Of a stretch of 64,000 bases of DNA, positions 1 to 12,469 are shown in pieces. The position numbers and the translations under genes were made by a program. Within the stretch, counting starts at the first letter, position 1, and every line of letters starts with the position of its first letter. The stretch is from Octopus vulgaris (lineage: Eukaryota): contig OX597820.1 of NCBI GenBank assembly GCA_951406725.2, forward strand, positions 78,864,001-78,928,000. Direction: 5' to 3'. The notes beneath the pieces were generated by a model that ran no database searches, was not told the origin of the DNA, and saw only the letters and a program-made list of their open reading frames with translations.

Positions 1-315
1 TCTGCTATATCACACGCCAACCTTACCAAGCGATCACTTCATGATGCCTTCTTTTCGTTTCGAAGTCATCCACCTTCCTCAGCGAATGTCGCTGCCTTTG
101 TGACAAAGGGAAAACTCAGGTGCTGGCCTCACCTTCTTCTCGTCCCTCGTCTGAGTCCGCAACGACGCAGCACTCCGTCGCCTAATATGTGTTTATTGAG
201 TCGAAAAACTGAAATCACTATCAAACGAGTCTTTGAAATAAGCTTCTTGAAAGAAGCGCTTTATTTAATAACAGGAATAAATCTTGCAAAAATATTTGTA
301 TTATTTCCTTGAGTA

Positions 316-878
316 AAGGCGGTGAACTGGCGGAATCGTTAGCACACCGGGTGAAATGCTTAGCGGTATTTTGTCAGCCGCTACGTTCTGAGTTCAAACT
401 CCGCCGAGGTCGACTTGCCTTTCATCTTTTCGGGATCGATTAATTAAGTACCGGTTACGCACTGGGGTCGATATAATCGACTTAATACCTATGTCTGTCT
501 TTGGTTGTCCCCTCTATGTTTAGCCCCTGGTGGGTAGTAAAGAAATAGGTATTTTGTCAGCCGCTACGTTCTGAGTTCAAACTCCGCCGAGGTCGACTTG
601 CCTTTCATCTTTTCGGAGTCGATTAAATAAGTACCAGTTACGCACTGGAGTCGTTTGTCTGTCCTAGTTTGTCCACTCTGTGTTTAGCCTCTTGTGGGTA
701 GTAAAGAAATAGGTATTTTGTCTGTCTTTACGTTCTGAGTTCAAATTCCGCCGAGGTTGACTTTGCTTTTCATCTGTTCGGGGTCGATAAATTAAGTACC
801 AGTCAAGTACTGGGGTCTATGTAATTGACTATTCCCCTCCCCACAAATTCCAGGCCTTGTGCCTATAGTAGAAAGGAC
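316..878 (+). mobile_element. tRNA-derived SINE with Nin/Deu-like core, as a 3-unit concatemer
   Basis: Head AAGGCGGTGAACTGGCGGAATCG, B-box GAGTTCAAAC, core GCCTTTCATC-TTTCGGG-TCGAT three times; flanked by a 16-bp duplication TATTTC(C/T)TTGAGTAAA (302-317, 879-894). More copies at about 5998-6203, 6372-6602, 7480-7692, 10265-10500, 12890-13100, 19080-19303, 31252-31450, 34100-34660 and 59010-59218. Confidence 0.85.
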
Positions 879-1089
879 TATTTCTTTGAGTAAAACTTTT
901 TAGTGCTGCGCACAGTAAGAATAAACAATTTCGCAATCAAGGTAAAAGATTTTGCTGACAAATTTTTTTAATTAACAAACATTTATTTAGTTGAGAGAAA
1001 ATTACCGGAGAACTTCCATCTAACTCTTCCAAATCTTTCTGTTAAAACTGTATTGAATCCGGGGAATCTTTTTTTTTCTTTTCGTCTTT

Positions 1090-2240
1090 TTATCACATCA
1101 ACTGGTCGCACATAACAAGGTTTAACGGAAGCTGCTGAAGCAAGCCAGCACTCACGCAGCTTACCACGGGCGATGGCGAGGCTAAGGCGTTGAGAAAGTC
1201 AAGCACCTCAAAGGGCATCACTTGACACCGCGATGAGGCGAGTTACCAACGTTGACAAGAACTTCGTGGTTGGTGGCCCAGTCCCTTTGAACGTCTCAAA
1301 CGTCACAGGTTGAAAGACTGTCAGATCCCGATATTTCAGGGTTTTCTACGGAAGCAGCGACCCTCCCATTAACAGCAGCATGGGAGGAAGCAAAGGAGTC
1401 GCAGACTGTGGAATCTCAAATGAGGCACCTACCTCTAACCCAGGGACAAGGGGCAAGACTATCTGGTCTCTTGCCATGACTTTTGGATAACCCCGACGGC
1501 TCCAGAAATGAGGGGATATTAATCCAAGCCAGGGCCCGCTTCGTGATTAGGTTTATCTCGGTGTGGCGAGAGAAGCGACCAGCATTTAGGAGGCAAGACA
1601 GGTCCCACTCTGAATGCGATGGAGATGCGGAGGTCATCTAGACTGAGCAGACCTCCAATGTTGGCCACAACCAGGGCATCAATCCAATCCCCCGAGATTT
1701 TTCCATTAGCTGAAAGTAGACGACATCTTGAAAATTGATCAGATTGATCAAAGAGACAGTTGGAGTGGCACCTGAACGCAGATTGTCCCATATTATCCTC
1801 TACTGTAACCGGAACTGACAAACTCAGCTCTCTCCACTGTGATAGAGCTTCATCCATCTCCCTGTTGTAATTAGTCCATGTAGGAGAGGAGAGGATGTTG
1901 CCTACCAAAGGGGAGAAAGCGTGGACGGAGGAAAGAAAACAAGGAAGAGACAGAGACGAGATCTTGCGCAGACCTGGATCCCCCAAACCGTTTGGGCAAA
2001 GCATCTTGGTCGCGCTAGCAGAGGACATCTCTTTCCAGGTTTAAACACAACCGATTTCTTCCAGATAGAACGTGTAAGAAACAGGAAGACTTTGAGAAAG
2101 AAATAAGAATCGATTCAAATACTACATCTATCGAGCTAGAAAAGATGAAGGGGCAAGGTTGATCTTGGCTGGATTTGAACAGAAAGCCAGAACGAGTACC
2201 ACAAAACAATCTCCGGTGCTTTAACCTCTCTATCACAAGA
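1090..2240 (-). mobile_element. Degenerate CRE-like non-LTR retrotransposon 3' fragment (restriction-like endonuclease region)
   Basis: Broken frames give RLLSANGKISGDWIDAL..LRISIAFRVG, RHTEINLITKRALAWINIPSFLEPSGLSKSHGKRPD..PWVRGRCLI(stop)DST and FQPVTFET. This matches the H..N..KRAL..EP.GL..GKRPD..PW..G..WD pattern of RLE-bearing elements; frameshifts and stops present. Confidence 0.7.
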
Positions 2241-2520
2241 TGGCTGTCTATACTATTATCCGATAAATTGTAATACTTTTATACTTACTACGCCGTATGC
2301 TAAAACTGCTTTGAACAAAGAAATATTTGCATTACTTTTCTGAAATTAGTCTGTATATGTATATTATTATTATTTGCATATTTATTGTTCATTCGTCCAG
2401 ACAGGTTCTGACACAAAATATTCCGCATATTCAGTCACCGAGTCTGTCTAGACGTATTCAGAAAAATATGCAAATAACCGTTCCAGATCTCACATTACAC
2501 GATACAATCAACTATTTGAT

Positions 2521-2556
2521 ACATACATACATACATACATACATACATACATACAT

Positions 2557-2610
<54 letters not shown>

Positions 2611-2618
2611 ACACACAT

Positions 2619-2684
<66 letters not shown>
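2521..2684. repeat. Compound microsatellite (ACAT)n(AC)n(AT)n
   Basis: Directly visible. Confidence 0.95.
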
Positions 2685-2686
<2 letters not shown>

Positions 2687-3540
2687 TAGCTGGTGTACCC
2701 GATAATTCCCGGTGGTAAAGATATTCTATTGAAACGCCTTATTACTCTGATATAAGAAAGCAATTTTGTTACAACTGCCGCAAAAGGTGTCTTTTCTGAC
2801 ACGAAAAAGTACAAAAAGTCAGCTGAAAGAAGGAGATATTGTTGGAGGTTGGCGAGAGTGGTTTTAGGAGGTTGTCGGAGATTGGCGAGAGACATATACA
2901 TTATTCTGCTTAGCGAAGGCATCTGCGAAATGTATAACTGCTGTCATTCACAGAAAAACTATTGTTTTACCGTGGGAAGAGCGCTGTTGAAGTGTTAAGT
3001 CAAATTTGGCAATCGGGGATGGAATCCATGCTATACCTGCATGAAGCCACTACAAATACGTTGTGGAACAAAAAATTTATCTACTGTCATGGAAAAAGTG
3101 TAACTGAAAAAATGCAGAATTATCGAAGTAATGGGCATTCAAAAAAGTATGTATGTATAGAAATGTATGAATGTTTAAGATTCAAATTAAGGAGGTGCAA
3201 TAATAATGTTTAGCAGTTCAAAACTGTGAATAGTGAAATGCAGAATTAGGTCGGCTGATCGTGAGAATCAAATATTGATCGCTTCGCAAAAAACTGCAGG
3301 TACTATGGGTTATTTCCCTTGGATTGTTTAAATAAAATATTAGTATTATGTAGTAGATAGAAGGATCCATTAGAGGGACCCTATTATCGATATTTTTCAA
3401 CAATCTAGGTATGTCACGAGGTTTCCAGACATGCGTTCTACTCACTTGTCAAGTTTCATCAAAATCAATAAAACGATGTAGGAGGAGTTAGCTAACAACG
3501 CCACAAACAAACACACACCGATTTTCCACATATGTAGTGT
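2685..3540 (+). mobile_element. Non-autonomous Helitron/Helentron-like element
   Basis: Starts ACTAGCTGGTGTACCCG..CCCGGT next to (AT)n; ends AAGTTTCATCAAAATC..GGAGGAGTTAG..CACAAACAAACACACAC, typical of HINE-like elements. A similar terminus lies on - at about 28380-28745. Confidence 0.45.
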
Positions 3541-3546
3541 ATATAT

Positions 3547-3592
<46 letters not shown>

Positions 3593-3648
3593 GCATACAT
3601 ACATACGTACATATATATCCATACAGAGAGACGGACAGACAGACAGAC

Positions 3649-3740
<92 letters not shown>

Positions 3741-3760
3741 GTATACATACATACATCCAT
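3541..3760. repeat. (AT)n and (GATA)n microsatellites
   Basis: Directly visible. Confidence 0.95.
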
Positions 3761-3950
3761 ATATCCACAGGACATGCATATATATCTACGTACAAATGTA
3801 TGTTCTTGTGAGTGAGTGCTTCCCAACCACATGGTTCCGGGTTCAGTCCCACTGTGTGGAAGCTTGGGCAATTTTCTTCGACTAAAGCTTCGGGCCGACC
3901 AAAGCCTTGTGAGTGGATATCGTAGACGGAAACTGGAAGAAGCCTGTTCT

Positions 3951-3986
<36 letters not shown>

Positions 3987-3987
3987 G

Positions 3988-4041
<54 letters not shown>

Positions 4042-4156
4042 AAAAGCAATTAAGATTCAAGTCAATTCTAATGAATTCACTTGAATGCGGTACTTAACTT
4101 AGATGCACCAGAAAACTATATGGTGTTAACCATACAGTAATGTGGGGTGATTATAA

Positions 4157-4344
4157 ACGAGAAAGACGCAACAAGAATGGATTAGTTTTTAGTACAATTG
4201 TTTCATACAAAGACAGGCTTTATTATTTGCAACTTTTAATAAATGCTGCAATATCTGCTGCAATATTTGCCAATTTTAATAAAGCCTGTCTTTGTATGAA
4301 ACAATTGTACTAAAAACTAATCCATTCTTGTTGCTTCTTTTCTC

Positions 4345-4346
<2 letters not shown>
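4157..4346. repeat. Near-perfect inverted repeat, about 68-bp arms
   Basis: 4157-4224 is the reverse complement of 4278-4346. The arm contains GAAACAATTGTA (4298-4309). Confidence 0.85.
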
Positions 4347-4390
<44 letters not shown>

Positions 4391-5329
4391 TTAGTATGTC
4401 CTTTGATTAATTTTTATCCTTCAGTTATTTAATACTTTTTGGGGCCTGCAATCGCCTATATTATTGATTCTGTTATCATTTTTAATTGTTACACTAAATA
4501 ATAACAGAGACAATAATATCTTCGCAAATATTTTTCTCCTGAATTATTTGCTCCGTATTGAAATATACGATGGACTTCTTTCAGTTTCCGTCTACCAAAT
4601 CCACTCACAAGGCTTTGGTTGACCCGAGGCTATAGTAGAAGACACTTGCCCAAAGTGCCACGCAGTCGGACTGAACCAGGAATCATGTGGTTGGGAAGTA
4701 TGCTTCTCGTATACATTTACGTTTATATTAGTAATAAATTACACTAAACGTCCAGTGTATGTCTTGCTTTTCCTGCATTATCTCCGATTTCTCAAGCTTT
4801 CCGTCTTTCCGCATTATCCTTTTTCTTTATTCTTCCATACTGTCTTTTTCTCTCGCTTTGTCACTTTCCCTTACACTCTAGCGTATGTATGTAAGCATGC
4901 CTGCATCTATGTATGTATGTATGTAATTCTCTCTCTCACTCACACACATGCACACACACACACAATTATATTATTGTTGTCTCAGCATTGTGAATGAATT
5001 GAAGCGTTAACCATCTCGTAAGATGTCGCAATATAAGAAATACTCCAGTATATTCAACAGATTAATATACTGGAAATCTCTTTATATCTTGTCTCATTTT
5101 TAATACAATTCAATAAACCTTAAAATATCGTGCCTTTCTTTAATAAATTCCATGTATTTGTTATTTCGTAGTAAGTCTATCACACAGACGCTTCGGATTT
5201 CCTGAGCTTACAATATGTATAAGAAGAATTTGTTTAGTGTGTAGGAGAGGAATAAAAAAATAAATGATTTTGTTTCCCTTTAACTATTTTATATCTACTG
5301 TAGAATAATGAACTTAAGGTTTTAAAAAG

Positions 5330-5745
5330 ATGCAGGCATGGCTGTGCGGTTAAGGAGCTTGATTTGCAACCACTTGGTTTTGGGTTCAGTCCCAATGCAT
5401 GGCACCTTGAGCAAGTATCTTGTACTATAGCCGCGGCCAACCAATGCTCTGTGAGTGAATTTGGTAGACGGAAACAGAAGCAGGTGATCGTAGAGAGTGT
5501 GTGTGTGCGTGTGTGCGTGTGTGTGTGAGTGTATGTGTGTGTGTGTGTGTGTCTTTGTGTGTGTCTTTGTCACCCCTTTCCCACAGCTTGACAACTGTAA
5601 CCTAACGGTTCAACGAAAATGATCGATCATTAAAAAAAACATAAATACTGAGGTGGATTTGTTCGACTAAAAGCCTTCAATGCGGGACTCCAGCATGGCC
5701 GTAGTCCAATGATTGCAACAAGAAAAAGACAAAAGATAAAAGATT
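5330..5745 (+). mobile_element. tRNA-derived SINE (second family) with internal (TG)n
   Basis: A-box TGGCTGTGCGG, B-box GGGTTCAGTCC, core ACCTTG(G/A)GCAAG, tail ending AAAAGA repeats. Other copies at about 3810-3950, 4567-4706, 7820-8200, 8650-9125, 19590-20010, 20605-20815, 33340-33555, 35030-35240, 50270-50700 and 59810-60110. Confidence 0.8.
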
Positions 5746-6282
5746 TATTCTAGCATCACTTCATAATACTTGTCTACCTTAGATGATCTCTGATTAAGTA
5801 AATCTATGAACAACGGGGTGTGGGATTATCTTGAGCTGCATAAACTATTATTATACTACAGGATTGGGTGACCCTTTCAGCTATACTGAGGGTGCGAATA
5901 GTAAACTTGTGGGGCTGGAGCATCTGTGCTAAAACAAACAACGAAGCTTTAATTTTATTAATTCATAAGACTGTCGATTAAATATTAATGTCAAATTTTG
6001 GCACAAGGCTAGCAATTTTGAGAGAGGTGTCGAATCTATTAAATCGACCCCAGAGTTCAACTGGCACTTATTTTAACGACTCCGAAAGGATAATAGACGA
6101 AGTCCACCTCAGCAGAGTTTGAACTCAGAACGTAAAGACGGACGAAGTGCCGCTAAGGGTTTTTTTCTCGGCTCGTTAACGATTCTACCTGCTGCTCAAC
6201 GCCTTACATTATGTTATGGCACGGCTTTAAAAACGTGATTTCATTGATCAATGTATAATATTTGGGTATCGGAAAATATTCT

Positions 6283-6783
6283 AGCGTGGAAGGTGTTTAT
6301 AAGCCATTTAAGAAACACAAATTCACTTCAACATTTAAATTTAATTTGTCAAAATATTTTCGTCGCTTTCAATTCTTTATTGCTCACAAGAGGCTACACA
6401 TAGAGGGGACGAACAAGGACAGACAAAGGGACTAAATCGATTACATCGACCCCGGTACGTAACTGGTACTTATTTAATCGACCCCGAAAGGATGAAAGGC
6501 AAAGTCGACCTCGGCGGAATTTGAACTCAGAAAGTAGCGGCAGACGAAATATTGCTAAGCATTTCGCCTGGCGTGCTAACGTTTCTGCCAGCTCGCCGCC
6601 TTTTCTCGTCGCTTTGAGACCGCGACCTGTTCACTGACAAAATTCCGTGCAGCACGGAATTTTGTCAGTGAACAGGTCTCGTTCTCAAAGCGCCGAAAAT
6701 ATTTTGGCAAATCAAATTTAAATGTTGAACTGAATCTAACGGCTTTTGTGTTTCTTAAATGGCTTATAAACACCTTCCACGCT
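6283..6783. mobile_element. Fold-back element (palindrome centre 6651) with a variant hammerhead motif, interrupted by a SINE
   Basis: Perfect hairpin GACCTGTTCACTGACAAAATTCCGTGC-A-GCACGGAATTTTGTCAGTGAACAGGTC; outer arms pair out to 6283 and 6783. The SINE at 6372-6602 is flanked by the duplication TCGTCGCTTT (6360-6369, 6606-6615). Confidence 0.8.
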
Positions 6784-6889
6784 GCAATTGTTTTCGTTCC
6801 AGCACACGATCTCAGATCAGGTCACTTGCTATGCAAGTACATCTCAGAAAATTCAGAAAATATTCTTTTACTCCTTTATTCAATGTGTA

Positions 6890-7300
6890 TCTGCATCCCT
6901 TCACACATTCTCTCCATCCACTATTTATTAGAAGGGTCGTGGAACTAAAGTCATCACGCATCTTCATCATAGGGTCCTACCAGATGCGACCGTCATTAGA
7001 CTTTCTGACTGGATTTCTATGCATGACGAACTAAGACTATGAATGTCATCCAACCATTTCATTCTTGGTCTACTCCTAGGTCTCTCCTTCCAGTTGGCTC
7101 AGTTTGAAGAATTCGTCTTTTGACTCTGTTCAGCACCATTCTAGCCACATGTCCGTAGTACAGGAGCTGTGACCACTCAATGCAGAGAAGGAATAGCTTC
7201 ATGTGAAGAGACTCGCTGTTCTCTGAACTACGCATTTCGGTCGAAAAAAATTAAGTCCAGGCACTCTTCGGTGGAACCCCTATTCGGTCTACATTCGCGA
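6890..7300 (-). mobile_element. RTE-type LINE 3' remnant
   Basis: Translation (with a frameshift) YYGHVARM..RRILQ..GRRPRSRPRMKWLDDIH, the typical RTE C-terminus. Similar remnants at about 17975-18215 and 49330-49490. Confidence 0.65.
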
Positions 7301-7355
7301 AGAAATAGCAAATTCTTCTTATTATTATTATTCCGAGCTCGATTCCAGGCAGTGA

Positions 7356-7414
<59 letters not shown>

Positions 7415-8508
7415 GCAAATTCTTTGAAAAATTGTGTATTGTGTCACATCACCTTCACATTTTCCAAATAATAATAATTCCTTCCTACTCGAGGCACAAG
7501 GCCTGAAATTTTGGGGAAGGGGCCCAGTTGATTAAATCGACTCCAGTACACAACTGATACTTAATTTATCGACCCCGAAAGGATGAAAAGCAAAATCGAC
7601 CTCAGCAGAATTTGAACTCAGAACGTAGCGGCAGACGAAATAGCGCTAAGCATTTCGCCCGGCATGCTAACGATTCTGCCAGCTCGCACCTTTTTTTTCC
7701 AAAAAATAATAATAATAATAATAATTCTATGTATAGTTTTCCGTCTCATGGTTTTCGTTCCTTCCAATGAATATTTTTTTAAAGAATTATTTAACTCTCA
7801 GAGCTGATTTCTTTTACCTTTTACTCGATTTTACTTGCTTGAGTCATTGGAGTGCGGCCAAGCTGGAGCACCGCCTCGAAGGGTTGAAAATACTTATTCT
7901 ATCAGTCTTTTTTTGTCGAACTGCTATACACCAAGCGGTCTGTGGCGGGGGTGGGGGTGATAAATACAAACACAATACTCACACAATGATACAAACATAC
8001 AATAAATGTGTGCGTGTATATATACTACGGGCTTCCACACAGTTTCCGTTTATCCAAATTCTTCACATGCCTCGGTTTTACTACAGCCTCAGTTCGAGGC
8101 TATAGAAAAAGACACTTGCCCAGAGTCCTGCGCATTGAGATTGAACCCGAAATCACGTGGTGGCACAGTGAGCTTCTTAACCACACAACCAGGCCTCCGC
8201 CTATGGGAAAGAATTTCGACCAAGTAGTTTAAATTATTAGAGTTATCTCCCTTATGATATTGCTTTATGATGTTTGCGAGAAAGGATTCCGAGTGACGGA
8301 GAATTATGTCGATCATTATGACTGAAGTAATTGATTGGATGGGACTTATTTCTTAGCCCAAGGATGAAAGGATGAAAGGCAAAATAATTCAACGTTGGTG
8401 TGATTCGAACATAAAAGCGTAAAAGTGACTCAGCTAAATGCAACAAAGCATTTCATTCGATGCTCTACCGAAACATAAACCGAATCAATCTCACTCGCCC
8501 TCTTTCTT

Positions 8509-8613
<105 letters not shown>

Positions 8614-8917
8614 CACACACACACACACAGAAAGATAGACACTGGTATTCTTTTACTTGTTGAGGTCATTTGACTCCGCCCAAGCTAGAGCACCGCCTTT
8701 AGTCGAGCAAATCGACCCCAGGACTTATACTTTGTAAGCCTGGTACTTATTCTATCGGCCTCTTTTGACGAACCGCTAAGTTGACGTAATTACACCAGCA
8801 TTGGTTGTCAAGCGATGTTGGGGGACAAACACAGACACACAAACATATACACACACACATACATACACACACACACACACATACATACATACATACATAC
8901 ATACATACATACATACA

Positions 8918-8950
<33 letters not shown>

Positions 8951-9429
8951 GTATGTATGTATATATATATGTGTGTGTGTGTGTGTCTACCAAATCCACT
9001 CACAAAGCTTCGGTCGGCCCGAGGTTATAGTAGAAGACACTTGCCCAAGTTGTCACGCAGTGGGACTGAACCTGGAACCACGTGCTTGGGAAGCAAGCTA
9101 CTTACCATACAGCCACTCCTATACCTATGTGGATGAATATTTTTAATACCATACACGAAACTCTCGGCTCTCGAGCCACTTTTATCTGTTTCTACTTATT
9201 ACAGACAATAAATCTCTCTCTCTCTCTTTCTCGTTGCTGGGGTTACCAAAGGAGTGGAGAAATAGAGTCTGTGAGATGGAGTTTAACTGAAAAGTGACTC
9301 AATATTATACTTTTAAGAGAAGAGGGGTGACAGCGACTTCGAAGTTAAGACATGCTGGCCTTCGTTGGACATTCAAACAAAGATTCAGCAGGCCGAAACT
9401 TCGAAGTCACAGACAGACAGACAAGCATG

Positions 9430-9641
9430 CATACACACATACATATATACATTCATATATACACATATGCATACATACAGGCACACACATACGTACATAC
9501 ATACATACATACATACATACATACATACATACATACATACATACATACATACATACACATATATGTGCATACATACATGCATACAAACATACATACATAC
9601 ATACATGCATACATACATACATACATACATACATACATACA

Positions 9642-9672
<31 letters not shown>

Positions 9673-9820
9673 GCATACATACATACATACATACATACAT
9701 ACATACATACATACATACATACATACATACATGCATACAAACATACATACATACATACATACATACATACATACATACATACATACATACATACATACAT
9801 ACATACATACATACATACAT
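9430..9820. repeat. Long (ACAT)n tetranucleotide microsatellite
   Basis: Directly visible; source of many spurious ORFs. Other SSR blocks at 8510-8630, 8850-8990, 10000-10180, 10920-11180 and 11400-11490. Confidence 0.95.
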
Positions 9821-10110
9821 CTCGAGTATAACCAGTCGAAATTGCAAAGATAATCTGGAATTCGACTGAGGAATGGAAACTCCGAATGACCCGTCCTTGT
9901 TTTCTTGGTATCGTCTATCTGGATATTTTGTTGTCTTTTTTTGTATCACCTGTCTGGAGGTTTTGCGTTCTTGTCCCATTTTGTATTTTATATATATGTA
10001 TATATACACACATACGTACATATATACATACATACGTACGCACACATACATGCATACATACATACATATATACACACACATGCATGCATACATACATACA
10101 TACACACATG

Positions 10111-10179
<69 letters not shown>

Positions 10180-10993
10180 ACACTCATATGTGTTTGAGAT
10201 GTGTATGATGGTTTTTCTCTTATAATCAAGCTGGCCAAATCCACAGGGTATCGGCTTCCATATTCAAGGCGGCGAGCTGGCAGAAACGTTAGCACGCCGG
10301 GCGAAATGCTTAGCGGTATTTCGTCTGCATTACGTTGTGAGTTCAAATTCCGCCGAGGTCGACTTTGCCTTTCATCCTTTCGGGATCGATAAATTAAGTA
10401 CCAATTACGCACTTGGGGTCGATGTAATCGACTTAATACCTATGTCTGTCCTTGTTTGTCCCCTCTGTGTTTAGCCCCTTGTGGGTAATAAAGAAATAGG
10501 TTTATAGTTCACGTCTCATCAGCAGCAGTGTATCACATCATTCCAATCTGATCGAGGTGGTTTACCTAATTGAAACAGATATAAAAAAACACGACTGCCA
10601 ATGCAACGTATTGTTTGGAGGAGGCGGCAGAAGAGCATCGTAGAGACTCCCTTAGCGTTATGTGTTATGTAAGTACCAAAACAGTTAGTAGCCTCTCTCC
10701 CGCCTCTCGCTTTCTCTCTCGTCTCTTTGTGCTTTCGTCACTGTGTGTGTATGTGTTTGTTTATGTGCTTGTGTATGTGTGTGTGTGTCTGTGTGTATGG
10801 GGGTGTCTGTGTGTAGGTGTGTGAAACGAAGCGATACGTGTGCTAAAGTCTAACATCTCCTCGCCATATATATACTCACACATAACACTGACAAGCGCAC
10901 AAATTATACACGCCATATATACATGTGTGCGTGCGTGTGTGTGTGTGTGCGTGTGTGTGTGTATGTTTGTATGTATGTATATACATACATATA

Positions 10994-11059
<66 letters not shown>

Positions 11060-11096
11060 GAGAGAGATGATGTATTTATGTGTCGGTGTATGTATG

Positions 11097-11180
<84 letters not shown>

Positions 11181-11407
11181 CGGCATTCCGTCTGTCTTTA
11201 TGTTCCGAGTTCAAATTTCGCCGAAGTCGACTTTGCCTTTCATCTTTTCGAAGTTGATAAAATAAGTATCAGTTGAACACGGGAGTGGGGAAGCAATATA
11301 ATCGGCTTATCGCATTCCCTGGAAACTTGTGGCTTTGTGCGAAATTTGAAACCAATAATTATATATACCTATACACATACATAGACCGACTGACAGACAG
11401 CAGACAC

Positions 11408-11493
<86 letters not shown>

Positions 11494-11851
11494 AAGAGAG
11501 AGATGGAAGGAGTTTACGATGTAATTCCCACCAATGTTTCACGGAGGTATCCAAGAGGATTTTAACGATCCTCAATAAACATGAAACTAAGTCAAATGTG
11601 AGGTTTGTGTATAACCTGATAGAATTTCTATCTGGTATATGGAGGCCCATCAATAACAAGACAGATTTTGGGGTGCTATTTTGGCGTGTGATCTACAACC
11701 TAAAGGGCGATTACTTTTGATTACTTTTTAGTTTAGTTTTCAATTTCTAAAAAGACTTAACACATTAGCTACAGATATTTTACAATAAATTCTTTTGTAC
11801 ATACTTAGCACTGTATATGTATTCTTTCATAATTCTTACTATTTTAATAAT

Positions 11852-12205
11852 AACAAGAACACTCAGAGAGCGCAGACCTCCGCCAAAGCAACAGCGACGT
11901 CTTCTCAACGATTAGCCAGAGATGGTTTTTAAAACGAGAATATCTAAAATAAATTCGACTGCTATCACAAACTAAAAATGAACCCGACTGCTCTCAAAAA
12001 TTAAGTAAAAAATGAAAAATAATCCAGAATCCTTGTCTGGTACCGGATCGATCCGAAAATCTAATCAGTTCATACCAGTCACGAGGCCAAACATCCCTGA
12101 AAGTTTCATCCGAATCCATCTAGCGGTTCTTGAGATATCTTGTCCACGGACAAACAAACAAGCACGACTGAAATAATACCCCCGCCTTCGCTAAGGCGGA
12201 TGAAA
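11852..12205 (+). mobile_element. HINE/DINE-1-like non-autonomous element
   Basis: Starts AACAAGA-CACTC-GAGAGCGCA-ACCTCCGCC and ends in the hairpin CCGCCTTCGCTAAGGCGG. A closely similar second copy lies at 18300-18668. Confidence 0.65.
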
Positions 12206-12469
12206 TAAAACCATGTTTCATTAACGTCTAAGTAAATGATAATAAGATAGCCAGAATAAATAATACAATAATTAGAATGAGCTCGTAGATCACACAAATT
12301 TGGCAGCCGCGAGTTTTGCATCGAAAAACTAAACTTAAGTAATCGTCCTTGAAGTTGTGGATCACAAACAAAAGTAGAACCGATTTTTGTTTATTTATCA
12401 CTTAACAATGTCTACTTTTGAAAGTAGATATTAGTTCTGATCTATAGTTTAGTGCCTTTAAACAGAGAA

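Noticed and set aside
9863-9900. CTGAGGA-AT-GGA-AAC-TCC-GAAT hammerhead-like motif
   Set aside because: GAAA is broken, stem II is only 3 bp, no stem I, and no second copy in the window supports it.
8747-11276. Many 60-256 aa ORFs (YIHT/MYVC/HTHT repeats)
   Set aside because: Translations of (ACAT)n, (AC)n and (AT)n microsatellites. The same applies to ORFs at 2327-4060, 25364-26333 and 37086-37473.
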